Shown here: positions 41,065 through 53,870 of the stretch, piece by piece
Position numbering within the stretch: the first letter of the stretch is position 1
Layout of the letters: each line of letters opens with the position of its first letter
Assembly (NCBI GenBank): GCA_951406725.2
Contig: OX597823.1
Coordinates: forward strand, 70,990,001 to 71,054,000
Direction of reading: 5' to 3'
From: Octopus vulgaris
Taxonomy: Eukaryota
Length of the DNA: 64,000 nt
Notes under the pieces: generated by a model
Seen by the model: the letters and a program-made list of their open reading frames with translations, nothing else
Databases searched by the model: none
Told to the model about the DNA's origin: nothing
Position numbers and translations under genes: made by a program

Positions 41065-41399
41065 GTCTAGAGAAAGAAGCAGTGCTCATGACCTTCGTAG
41101 TAGCCCCTCCAAGACTGACAAGATTCCTGCCGAGAAACCCTCCATCATGTGCAAGGATCTTAATCCGGAGCATTGAGCTTCTGGAGATATAATGTCTGAG
41201 CACAGATGTTAGTACAGCGACCGAGATGGATTAAAAAATATGGGTGGGTGACAGGAGGAGAGGCGAGCGAATCGAAAGTGAGTGAATGGAAATGGTGCGG
41301 AAACAGAAAATTCTGAGGAGTAGAGATCCCTGTTGTAGGAGTGAAAACGAAAAAGAAAAGAGACAATAGATAGTGAAACGATGTCTCTTCTTTTATTAT

Positions 41400-42460
41400 T
41401 ACCTAGTTTGGTGTGTGCTTATGAACAATTTCATTCAAGTCAGTGGAGTGGTCTTTCTCTGCGTGAATTTTAGTATGCCTGTGTGTGTAGCAGGAAGATT
41501 AGCAAAATCAAGGATAACATTCCAAATGTCGGAACAACGCCCTAGTTTTAGTTCTCATCTGAGCTCCGTAGCCGGTTTGTAGTTTAGTGGCTGAAGTATT
41601 TTTGGCTGTCATGATAATGTATCTAGTTTATATTAGCAAATGCATCCTTTTGAAGTCAATAGGGTGTGATTTAATGGAAAATGACCGGCTGTTTTGCATT
41701 CATTTAGAGATCTGCAGTGATGGTGAGGAGTAACATTTGAATCGATCATAAGGTTTATAGTTGTATATTGTTCATGTTTGTGATTAAGTCCGTAATGTAC
41801 AATAATGTGTTTTATATGTGTAGCGATTGCATACATGTATTGTTTAAGGAAACAAGATTAATTTCTTTTGTAATACAGGCACAAGGCCTGAAATTTTTGG
41901 GGAAGGTGTTAGTGACCCTGGTGCCAAACTGATACTTATTTTTTGTCTCTCGAAAGGATGAAAGGCGAAGAATTTGAGCGGGAATATGAGCTCAGAATGT
42001 AAAGACGGACGAAATGCCGCTAAGCATTTTTTTCCCGGCGTTCTAATAATTCTGCCAGCTCACCGTCTTTGGAAACAAGATTAATATGACTTCACTGGAC
42101 GATGTTTTTTAGGCTTATGTTTCATGAATCTTCCACAGATTTGGAGTGAAGTGCTTAAGTTGAATGTAGAGGACACTAGGATGTAGAAAGTTTGGAAGGA
42201 AAGAATGGTGGTATCATTTAAGCAGAAGTAGATATTGAAGAGTTTAACTGAGGATAGTGGTTAATTCTAGGAATATTGCTTGAGGTTAGTAGAAAGGATA
42301 TTGTCAGGGTGGTGGCCTAGTTGGTTTGAAGAGACTGGAAGTAATTGTTTACTTGGTAGATATATATGATGGCGAACCTATTTGAGTGTGAGTGTGTAGC
42401 TTTTGTTTAGGTTTACCAACTGCGCGTTGTATGGAATAGAGTACTAAGAAGGAAGCAAAG
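41400..42460 (-). pseudogene. Possible highly decayed Penelope-like ORF, interrupted by a SINE B copy (~41870-42070)
   Basis: Fragments such as CKTAGHFPLNHTLL, ATELR*ELK and THIKHII weakly recall PLE linker and GIY-YIG motifs. Many stops. Confidence 0.35.
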
Positions 42461-43858
42461 AAGTCTTCTTTGAGGTACTTAGTCGTTTTCAGATTTTTTT
42501 ATACTATTGTCCTTCTTTACTCATGCTTTAAAGGCACGAATTTGGATCAATTTATGTTGTTTGGCTACTTTAATCCGTGTTAGAACTAATATGTGAATGG
42601 TAAAGGAAAAGAGGATTCCACAATATTGGCAGAGATTCTTTCCGCGAGTAACTAAAATTAAAAAGATTGGGTTTAAAGAACTAAATATACTAATACACAT
42701 ACACACACATACACATATACCTACATACCTATTTCGGATGTGTTTGAAAATTGATATTTCCATTGGATTTCTTTACAAATCCAAAGGTGTTTTACTTTTT
42801 GCTTACATAACTCCATGGAAGTAGAACAGATAAAAGCCTGATATCAACCTTATCCAAAGCCAGGGAAAGATTTTAGTAATTAACTGTGAATATGTTTCAA
42901 CGATTAATAATTTCTTTCAGAAGTACAAGGCAGGAAATCTGAAGTTGATAACGAATTGGGAATCAACTTTAAATCTGTATTTGTTTCGTTAACATCCACT
43001 GTAATAATTTCCAATGAAATTACTATTTAGAAACTTATATCTAATCTACGATGATGGAACCTATTCTAAACATACCCAAAAAGTTATTTTGGAAATATCG
43101 ATATTAGTTTTATTAATCGACTTAAAATACTTGTAAGAAAACTGATTTTCTCACCTAAATTTCTCCCTTTATCATATATAAAAATCGATGTCAACATATT
43201 AAAAATAACTTGCCTTAAGAAATTTAACCAGAATAAGCAAAATCCTTTTTCGTCAATACCGTTATTAAAAAAACATTAAGATATAAAGTTCTGTCTTTTT
43301 AAATTTTATTTTTGTTTAATAATGCATGCCATTCACAGAAAAGACAAAGTTGCGCCAATTACTTTTGTTGCAAATACTTTTATCAAATGACTATAACAAT
43401 ATTCTTAGAAAATCGATTATTGCTGTCACTTTTAAATAAAAGGATGTAACTTGAAAACTACTACTGTTGGAAAAATTTCAATTGTCTGGCTGAATTAGAC
43501 GACGATTGTATTAGAAAATCTTCAAGTACTTTCCAATACATCGCTAACAGAAAATCGTACAAATAAAGTGCGATTAAATAAAATTAAAAGCACATAACAA
43601 ACCTCTAAATCTATATAATATTTTCGACTGAACAGCTAATATCGTATTCATACACTCCAGCTAAATAAATGTATACATAAAAGAAAATATCTGTCGACAT
43701 GAGCAAGGATGGATTTTAGAGAGATCGAGATGATTCTGGATGTAAAGCATCGTACTTATCCATTGGAAGAACACTCTTCATTCTAATCTTAACAAGAAAT
43801 GTAAAAGTCACCGTAAAATGTTTGAGGTTGCGCGAGCGTGTGTACATAATTACTTCCC

Positions 43859-43902
<44 letters not shown>

Positions 43903-43980
43903 TATACACGTTTTGTAAATGTGTGAGGATTGCGTAGGCTGTGTATAAGGGCGCGTACGTGTATTAATACCACAATATAT

Positions 43981-44083
<103 letters not shown>

Positions 44084-44127
44084 CATGTATATATATATAT
44101 ATATATATAGTGGTATTAATACACGTA

Positions 44128-44181
<54 letters not shown>

Positions 44182-44259
44182 AATAGATAATACATACATA
44201 CATACATACATACACACACACAGACACACACACATACACACACACATACACACACACAT

Positions 44260-44293
<34 letters not shown>

Positions 44294-44530
44294 CAATTTA
44301 TAGTATAAAATGTGGATTCAGAAAATCGTACAGCTATCACAGAAATCTCCTTTAACGAATTCGGCTCTCTGTCTACATAGTAATCAATTACATAGACGTG
44401 TATATAGAATGTCTATATAACTGAACATCCAGAAGATCCGATCTATGAAATTATTTCATGAGGAGTACATTGTATATCTAAAGAGAAAAATTCTTATGCG
44501 TGTATATTTAGAGTTAAATTGTTGATGTAA

Positions 44531-44707
44531 CCATGATGTTCCTGTGATCTGATGAGCTAACAGTCTTTATTTGCATTCATTCGTGAATATAAAATTGTAT
44601 TGTATAATGCGGAGCATACTTATTAATTCAAACAATAAGTCTTGATTTATTCTATACTGAAATTAATGCCATACAAATACGATTGCGAAACGGCCGTAAC
44701 GTTATGG
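44531..44707 (+). ncRNA. Candidate type I hammerhead with a very long stem II
   Basis: ccatgatgt..CTGATGA (44549) gctaacagtc..tatttg...(~100 nt)...caaatacgattgc GAAA cggccg TA acgttatgg. Stem I ccatgatgt/acgttatgg pairs fully with 2 G-U pairs, but 9 extra nt precede the core. Confidence 0.45.
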
Positions 44708-44769
44708 AAGTTACGTGGTTAACTTAAATATATATTCACATCTCATGTATGTATATATGTATGTATCTA

Positions 44770-45383
44770 TGTCATTATTTAGTTTATTTCAAGATTTCTT
44801 GCCAATAGAGAAATAATCGGTTTCTAACCTAGATGCAAGTCTGCTTCATTGGAATTTCAACATCAGCAGCAGGGTATTTTTGTTTGTTTGTATGTATGTA
44901 TGTATGTATGTATGTATGTATGTATGTATGTATGTATGTATGTATGTATGTATGTGCAGATTTGTATGTTCTATGTATTTATCCTCATGCATGTAGTTGC
45001 ATATCTAGACATGCTCATATATATTTAAATGATAAACTGGAAAGTTTCACAGATTTTTACAGTTCCCGTGATGGATTCGACCTGTAGTCTTCGAATTAGT
45101 TACTTTCTGGTTTTGAGTAGCCTAATTTCTCAAGATGGGTATTTACAGTGTGTTACATATCCCAGGGTCCCAATAATTACAAGTATAAATCTGAACTTGT
45201 AATCTGGATAGAGTAACTGCAGATTTCTCAATAGATCAGCATCGTTGTTCTCTTTTTCACTGATCTTCGGCTTTATGTTTACATCCCCTGGGCAGATAAT
45301 TTCTAGAACTCTGCATTGTTTCTCTTCTTCATCCCAAATCATTATACCAGGTCTGTTGTACTTACATTCTATTGAGGTCATTG
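44770..45383 (-). mobile_element. 3' remnant of an RLE-type (R4/NeSL-like) non-LTR element within (ATGT)n
   Basis: ORF 45130-45381 (CKYNRPGIMIWDEEEKQCRVLEIICPGD...KENN...IIGTLG) is a degenerate RPD..(E/D)..P...K restriction-like endonuclease. (ATGT)n lies at both ends and internally. Confidence 0.7.
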
Positions 45384-47064
45384 TGTATGTATGTATGTAT
45401 GTATGTATGTATGTATGTATGTATGTATGTATGTATGTATGTATGTATGTATGTATGTATGTATGTATATATTTATATATGTCTGTATGAAAGTATGTAT
45501 GTATGTATATCTCCTCCCCTTTCCTCTCTGTTCACTCCACATTTCGCCCATTGTATTCTCTCCATCATTTAAAACTTCGAACTTTTCATCTACACCAAAA
45601 CCTTGAAACATTAAACCTATACCTCACGTTTCCCACACCCACCCAATAAACCCCTACCATTTCTATTCCACATCAGCACGCCATCTTCGACCACTCCTCC
45701 CACAGTCTACCTCCAATACTCACTCCTCACCGTCGTCATTATACAACCTGAATTTTCACTAATTTAAGCTTATCACTAACTGTTCTCTCATATCACATTC
45801 TGACAAATTTTGAACCTTCACCGACATCAAGCAGTTCCAGCACAGCACAAGATCGTTCGCCTTCTTTCCGTGCCCACCACAAACACCAAACAATGAGAAT
45901 TGATTCTTGGTCCTCGGTCACCGTTCATCCAACTATCAGACCAGTTTAGCAGCCTAAACTTGTTTGTCAACGGTTACAACACAGCATTGAATAAACTTTC
46001 TGAATTAATCAAGTCTTACTAGTTTGATATCTGCGACACCGGAACGATATGATCATAAATCGGCTGATAAGATTGGAAATGTGGCATGATGCATCGACTT
46101 CTATAGGGTGGAGGCATCCTGATAGCTTAACAATTCCATAGTCTGTCACATCCTGCTCTCCAAAAATTTACCTATTTATGACATAGTCCGCTCCTAACTC
46201 CTCGATTGTTGCCCACTTCATTGTCCAAATATTATTCATCTCTATCATCTTTCGATCAAATCGATCCCAGTATTTATTTTAAATCTTTTATTTTTATCGC
46301 CTACTTTTTGCCAATTTCCTAATTCTGATATAAAACAAACCAACATCTTTTAGTCAAACATTTTGAGACAAACACAAGCGCAAAGACGCAAACGCACACT
46401 CACATATACATTTTAATAGGTGTTTGTGCGCGTCTCTGACTATAAATTCTGATTTGTACCTGTCAACGGAGGTGCATTAAGTTATGTACCACCAAATTTG
46501 CCAAAAAGCCTAGAATTACTTGATTTCACGGGAAACGTGAAAGGCACTGACACGGATTCCAGCGGCACAGTGAAGATTTGTAAGATATTCGAAGACTTCT
46601 CCCTGTGAGATTCTTATGTGAATAGATGCACAAACGTGGGTGTATGCATCGACATTTCAACCAACACACAAACTCGCCCTCATAATTACAAACACCGGGA
46701 ACTCTCTTAACTCAAAAAGTCTTGTTGCTTTGTTAGCAACCAGCTTGCAATATCTCAAGAGGAACTTAAATTAAACTCAAAGGAAAAACATGCATGCATA
46801 CATACACAAACATACATACATACATACATACGTACATACATACACACACATAATGTGATTCCATTCATCTAAATCCATTTTATTATTCCTCTACATATTG
46901 ACTCCCTTGTAAGGTGTACCATCACATGGAAAATCACGTGTATTTGAAAAATTCCAGCTGTGATTTCTCAAGAATCCATTTTAAATTGTCAAAAGTCAAA
47001 GAGAGTGTACTTATAGAGAGATGCCTGTTCAGTTAGATACACGACGAATTATTATTATTAATAA

Positions 47065-47250
47065 TGATTTCAAATTTTGGCACAAGGCCAGCAATTTCGG
47101 AGAAGAGGGTAAGTCGATTACATCAACTTCAATGCTCAATTGATACTTATTTTATGGGCCCTTAAAGGATTGAAGACAAAGTCGACCACGGCCTAATTTG
47201 AACTCAGAACGTAAAGACAGACGTGATCACGATTCTACCAGCTCGCCGAT
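47065..47250 (-). mobile_element. SINE family B (diverged)
   Basis: Reverse-strand tail ggcacaaggccagcaatttc and central domain. Confidence 0.7.
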
Positions 47251-47379
47251 AATAGCTTGAATCGTTCGTTCACGCTTCATAGAGTGTATGAGCAAACGGT
47301 TTGTGGAGTTTGTTTGTAGCCGAGACTGAAATTATAAGACATTTTCACTAAATAGGAGTAGGCGTAGGAGTGGCTGTGT

Positions 47380-47772
47380 GGTAAGTAGCTTGTTTGCCAA
47401 CCAAATGGTTCCGGGTTCAGTCCCAATGCGTGGCACATTGGGCAAGTGTCTTCTACTATAGCCTCGGGCCAACCAAAGCCTTGTGAATGGATTTGGTAGA
47501 CGGAAACTGAAAGAAGCCTGTTGTATATATGTATATATATATGTATGTATGTGTGTATATGTTTGTGTGTCTGTGTTTGTCCCCCAACATCGCTTGACAA
47601 CCGATGCTGGTGTGTTTACGTCGCCGTCACTTAGCGGTTCGGCAAAAGAGACCGATAGAATAAGTACTAGGCTTACAAAGAATAAGTCCTGGGGTCGATT
47701 TGCTCGACTAAAGGTGGTGTTCCAGCATGGCCACAGTCAAATGACAGAAACAAGTAAAAGAGTAAAGAGTAA
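47380..47772 (+). mobile_element. SINE family A
   Basis: Full-length copy from ggcgtaggagtggctgtgtgg to gaaacaagtaaaagagtaaagagt. Confidence 0.88.
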
Positions 47773-48391
47773 ATACAATTCCCCTCGAAAGAGCGATGAA
47801 TTTGTATGTAAACACTATCGACGTTCTTTCTTTTCTCTCGAAGTGTAAACTACTGAGATTCTATGATGAAAAATAAAAAAAAAGATTCCATGGTTTTCCA
47901 TCAGATTGTAATTATTTTAATCATTGTTAACGTATTGCCTCCCCTTGTAAAATAATATTTGATTAATAAGTCACAGGTTATTTATGATGCTGGCGATTTG
48001 TAATGGTATAGTGCTATATTTGATAACCACCAACTTGTAATTGTAAGATCTTCGTAATAAGTAAGCAATAAATGCATGTGAAAAGATGCACAGCATCTTT
48101 TTCCTTATAATTCCTTAATTTCAAATTGAAATTTCTGACGTTGCCTCATATCATGAAGAACTGAGTACTTCCCATTTAATAGCTGTCACCCCGAAGGAAA
48201 CCACGTAAACATTATTATTCTATGGAAGTAAAATAAATGCATTTTATTCGGCATACATATGGACAATATTGTAATTCTTATTTACACGCTTTACAAAACA
48301 TGAATTATGAGCAATTTTGTTTTTTTTAAAAAAACCCAATGCAGTTAATTCCTTGCTTAAATACTCATTTTTACATTCATCTCAATTCTAG

Positions 48392-48492
48392 AATCTTCGA
48401 CGTTTGACAGCAAAGACAAGTATTTTGTATGTTGGCTATTCTCTTTCAACTATATCTCTTCTTATTTCACTCTTCATCTTCAGATATTTCAG
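48392..48492 (+). CDS. Exon of the same class B GPCR: TM1
   Basis: Acceptor caattctag| and donor |gtaagt flank a 101-nt exon. It translates to NLRRLTAKTSILYVGYSLSTISLLISLFIFRYF(R), matching class B TM1 (Y.GY.lS...L......F..FR). It starts in phase 0, compatible with the 7361-7455 exon, and ends in phase 2. Confidence 0.9.
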
Positions 48493-48960
48493 GTAAGTCG
48501 GACATCTTATTTACACTTTTAAACTATTAAAAAAAAAAATCAGCATAGAAATAACATTTAGGTATTGAATACACTTTTAATATAGTATTTTTTAAATAAT
48601 CTTTAATATCTTCCACTCCATCTATTTATTTTCAATTGAGCTGTGCATAAAAAAGAAATTCATCTAATCTAATCTAATCTATAAAGATGGCATTAACCAT
48701 AGAACTGTCAAACTACAATTATATTCAGACAATCTCTATGGAAAAACTGCAGGGAAAGAAATTAATCTGTCTTTGAAAAACTCCAAAGAGCATCAAGGAA
48801 TTAATCTTTACAATATATATATATATTATTTTGTCAAGGATTTATAATCCTTTGAGGGATGTTAGCATCCTAGTTCTCCTGAATTTTATTATATGGATTC
48901 GAGTATCTTTAAATAAACTGATATCTGCATGTCAGTTTCTCCATTTTTCCTTTTCTCATT

Positions 48961-49025
<65 letters not shown>

Positions 49026-52000
49026 TTATATACATCTGTATGTACATATGTTTGTGTGTACTGATGTGTGCGCGTGTGCATTTTTACATACATGCATACA
49101 TACATACATACACACACAGGCACATAAATATAGATGCATGTATACACATATATATATATACACACAGATATATATGTATATATATACCTACATCTACACA
49201 CGCTCCACACACATACATCTTAATGACGAACTGAAAAAATGGCGCTATCAAAATTAGAAATACTACCTGATGTGTGAAATATCCGAAATATTCTCCCTTA
49301 GCAAAAGTTATTAAAATTAATAATTTAAATGCGAATGTCATTAACTTCTTAAATAATGATAGATGGTTAATTACAACCCAAACTTAGTTTCAGTATCTCG
49401 GTAAGTTTATTTCATAAATCAGTAATAACTACGTTAACCGTTCGTCTTAAAAATGATTTCCTAGCGATTGATTGTTCCGTCTAACTGGAATAAACTTTCA
49501 GTAAGAATATTAAAATTGATCTTTAAAAAGGGAGATATTCGTGCGTGAATTACAGTATGTCTGTGTTAAGAATAATAAATAATTATTTGTATCTCAATGC
49601 GTGCAATGACCTAATTAAATTATTCGGTGATATTTAATATTATGTTTATCCAAAAGAAAAGTGTCATATTTCTTAATACGGTACTACTCTATGCTATATT
49701 TTGAGCTGAAGACAACCGGTCGACGAAAATCTTCCTCCCTCTCAAAGCAAATGATATAGCTCCTTGCTTGTTGTCTTTAGAATGTAAGTGATTAAGTAGA
49801 AACAATGTTGTTAAATTGAAGTGTTTTTCATTATAGTTTACTGTTCAGCCCAACGCTTTTGTATAACGATTGAGACGAATAGAAATTAACAATAAAACCA
49901 TTATCATTGGTAGATAACATGAAAATAGAGTAATCAATATTACTAGTTGGCCCTACCATACTTCGAATTTTTCATATAGATAAGGTTTGAAGAACAACGA
50001 GACATTGTGCTAAAAATAATATCAACACTATTAACCAAGAAAGAAAAGAATAAATACGAACATTGATAATGAATATTTATCAAGATGTTTATATGAGAAC
50101 AATTATAAGAAAGGCGGCAAATAATAGGAGTGTATGATTCAGTTCTGCTATGATTAGAGCTTCTGCGAATACAATACATTAATGAATTGAATGAAAACAA
50201 TTTTTAAGGATTTCGGTTGCAAAGTATGTCAATCTCTGACTCAATTTTAGAGAAGAAGCAGAGGCAGTTATTTGTAGTGATATGATATGAGAAAATCAAT
50301 GATGCATTGTGGGTGGAAATTAATGTTGGTTAGAGTATCATTTTTCAATGATGATGTTGGAATTTTAATATGAACATTTGGATACTGTCTCACCAAAATC
50401 TGTAAACAGATTTATTGGTTGTATATTTGAATGTTACAAATAGTTATACAGTAATCTGTTTCACAAATCACGACGTGTAACAAATTAATCTTCAAAAGAT
50501 AGGATTTCAGTTCCTGAGTTGGTCTCATCCAGTTGCCGATCGCAACGCTAATAAAATCATATACTTACTTCTAAACAGACAATTAGATGAGAAACAATTA
50601 ACATTACAAATATTTACATAAAGCCATTTTACAAAGTTCACTCAAATTTCCTACTAACTTCTTGGACACTGTAATTGATCTAAGTCAATTGTTTACAAGA
50701 GTTCACACAAAATTAAAAGCAGACCAACAAATGAATAATCAATTAATGCAGTTGCTAATTTTATAAAGATTTGTATTAAAAATTATAAATGTTCTATTCT
50801 AGTTTTGAAAGTGAGCAAGAATCATGATTAGACGTGGTTATAAAATCGCCGCTTCTGTTTTTATTTAAGTTGAAATGCCAAGATTATAAGTCAACCAAAT
50901 CTGGCGCGGTTATGCTTCCTGTGTGCTGTTCATATCCCACATCTCTTCTATAGTCTGGAAGAACATGGATACTCTCATTCCGTATTTCTATAAGTTGTCT
51001 TGTATTCATATATAATTTAGATGGCAATATTTAGCAACTTACTATGTTTATTGCATTTATTCATGCAATGTAACAGCAACTAGGTTTCGATATGAATATT
51101 TTAAATATCTGCAAAATGAAATGAAATTAAAAAAAACAAATTTAAATTCATAAATATTTACGCTACTTCGTAGTTTTTTTTATGCTACTTCGTGGACATT
51201 TGTTATGTTTTTGGAAGTTGTCAATGACGACAAATTCTCAAAGGTAGACGTTATATAAAAAGGAAAGGAAAGCATATTTTTTTGATATACTATTTCCAAC
51301 ATTTTTAAAGTTGGTCCGCAGAAAATAGAATAACTGAAAGCAGAGTTTGATGAACAGAAATCATCGAATTACTTATGAATTAATTAAATATGATAGTGTA
51401 AGAAATACCTTGTTTTCTTTAAGAATTATTCCAATATACACAAGTTCTGGTCTAAAAGCATTGATCATTATGAGTAAGAGTATATAATTAAGATCATGTA
51501 AACGAGAAATGAATGAATATTTAAGCAGCATCTTAATAAACAATGAAGATTAATCAGGTTGTCAGGAACAGAAAATAAACATATTATTTGCCTTCATTAG
51601 CAATTCTGCTGTATTTAAATGCTAACAAAATAGAGGGACTGTTTAAGGTTCTTAGTAGACATGAGTAATTGGCTGGAGCGAACGACTCAAAAACTTAATT
51701 GATCTAAATTAACAGATTGCTCTAGTAATATATCTAACTTAACAAGAAGATAACTTTAAACGTCTAATTAGTCTCCTAATTTCGTCTCAAACCCGGAATC
51801 TAAATTCATCTCATATCAAGTAAAATAACAAATTTATGGAACATTTATCATATTCGAATAATTAAACTGACAGAAAATAAAGGAAATATAATATTTTCTA
51901 TAAAATCTCGAAATGAGCAATATTCGTCAAAGTTTCATAAAGTTGTCAGGGAAAAAATAGCACTTAAATTCGCTGTCACATTTCTTTAGTCGTAATTTAA

Positions 52001-52417
52001 TGAAAAATCATCATTTTCTAAAAAACAAAATAATGATTTTAACTACGCGTTGTTTCTTTCAAATAAGCGCAAGTTCTCTCACATAATGAAAAAACTTCAA
52101 AGACAGCATTCGTTTCTGGAAATTCGTATTAACTTCGAATAGTGTTACTTTCAAATTGCTAATTTGAATCTGCTAAGATTAACATAAAAATTTTAATAAA
52201 TTCGACATAGTCTTTGATATTCCAGTAGCTTTTAAGATTGTCTAAACATTCTTAATTGAATTTTAAACCTTAAGTAAAGACATAACAAAAATGATTACGT
52301 GAAATACTTATTGAATAACTGTAATCTTACAATCATTTAAAAAAATACTTGGGAATATTATTTAGCTGTGTTTTGCACATTTTTGTAGAATTCATGCAAT
52401 TTTTCCTTTATTTACAG

Positions 52418-52532
52418 GAGTCTACATTGTGTTCGAACTCTTATACACTGCAACTTGATGCTAACATTTGTCTTTAGAAATATTCTGTTCATCATCTTTA
52501 GCTGCATCTTAAGAGAAGTACACCGTCGACCA
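52418..52532 (+). CDS. Exon of the same class B GPCR: ICL1 and TM2
   Basis: Acceptor tttatttacag| and donor |gtaagt flank a 115-nt exon. It translates to (R)SLHCVRTLIHCNLMLTFVFRNILFIIFSCILREVHRRP, compared with the CRF-receptor pattern RSIRCLRNIIHWNL...FILRN. Its phase fits the previous exon. Confidence 0.92.
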
Positions 52533-53049
52533 GTAAGTGTATATTTTCGATACTTTTTCGCTTTAGGAGCTCTTTAATTTAGAGTCTGCGTTTTAATAAT
52601 ATGCTATATTCCTGTTGCATACATATTTCTCATCTTTTAATATATGTTGACCTTGTACATTTGCAACAGAAATACTTATAAAGTAGAAATGATAATGCAG
52701 CATAACTATATTCTTTGCTTGTGCTTAAGTATCCTCTGGCTCGACATCGTGCGATTGACATGTCTGAGTGTATATTAATTATATATTTATTGTGATCTAG
52801 AATACCAGAACGAGGATATATTGTGGGATATATTCGATTAACTCGATACTAGTACTTGACTGTGGCTTACTTTATCGACTCCGGAAATATGAAAAATCAG
52901 GGTCAATTCAGACGGGAGTGAATTCCTAACAAAAGGAATTTTATCTGTATTTATTACAATACATTAAATCAAACGCTCTGTAAATTCTACCAGACAGCAA
53001 TAGTATTGATTTCTAAAAAAGGAACCTATGAACAAAAGTAATATTACCA

Positions 53050-53870
53050 TACCCTAAACCAACACAAGGAATATTCAGAAGCTGGAGTAAGATGCTTTCT
53101 ACGATGCTTTCGCCAGGTGAGATCCTAGGTAATACAGGAGCTTCAGATTTGGAGAAGCCGTGTGGTATCTAGTAATCTACAGCTCCTTTTTAAGAGATGT
53201 TGGTATGATGATGTTTTTTGATATGAGAAGTGTCACTATTAAATGCTGTTGAAAGTTACAAGATATTCATGGCCTCACTTGAAGATGCTGTTGCGGTCTA
53301 CCATTGCAGCTTTGGAGTGGATTATGCGTTTTGAAGCAGGATAAGGATAAATGAAGGGTCAAATCACCTATATAAGAGTGGGGGTTGTGATAATGATAAA
53401 TGGTTCATTGATGTATTGACGGAAAAGAGTGAATGGCAAAACTGAAGCCCAGGGCACAGCAGAGTTGATAAACTGTAGGACAGAACGATCTCCGTCAATA
53501 CATGCTCCAATGTGAGTTGGATAGTGCCCATATGCGAATATTTCTCTTTGAGATTCGCAAATTAAATATGGTCAAAACTTTTGCTGATCTCGAGAATAAA
53601 CTTTCAACTTGGAAAACTTTGACTCTGAGTTTTTGTTGAGTCTCAATGTGGAAGGAAATATCGAAAAGGATAGTTTCAATCACCTATCGATCTGTCTCTT
53701 ATGGGTAAGCCGTGAATCATGGGTTTGTGGGAGATAATTCGCAAAACAATTAGTGAAGTTCTGGCCAGAAGGCTTATTTGAAGTGCCTTATAAGTCAGGT
53801 GGTAGGGCCCAGGTGTAGTATTTAGATGCGTTGGAGATGTTGTGTTGAGGCAGTGGTTGGATGATTCTAT
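53050..53870 (-). pseudogene. Decayed LINE RT fragment
   Basis: Minus strand tgtgccctgggcttcagttttgccattcactcttttccgtcaatacatcaatgaa resembles GVPQGSVLxPxLFxxYIND, with an indel. A degenerate xDIxxAF-like segment (ILFDISF) lies upstream. Confidence 0.4.
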
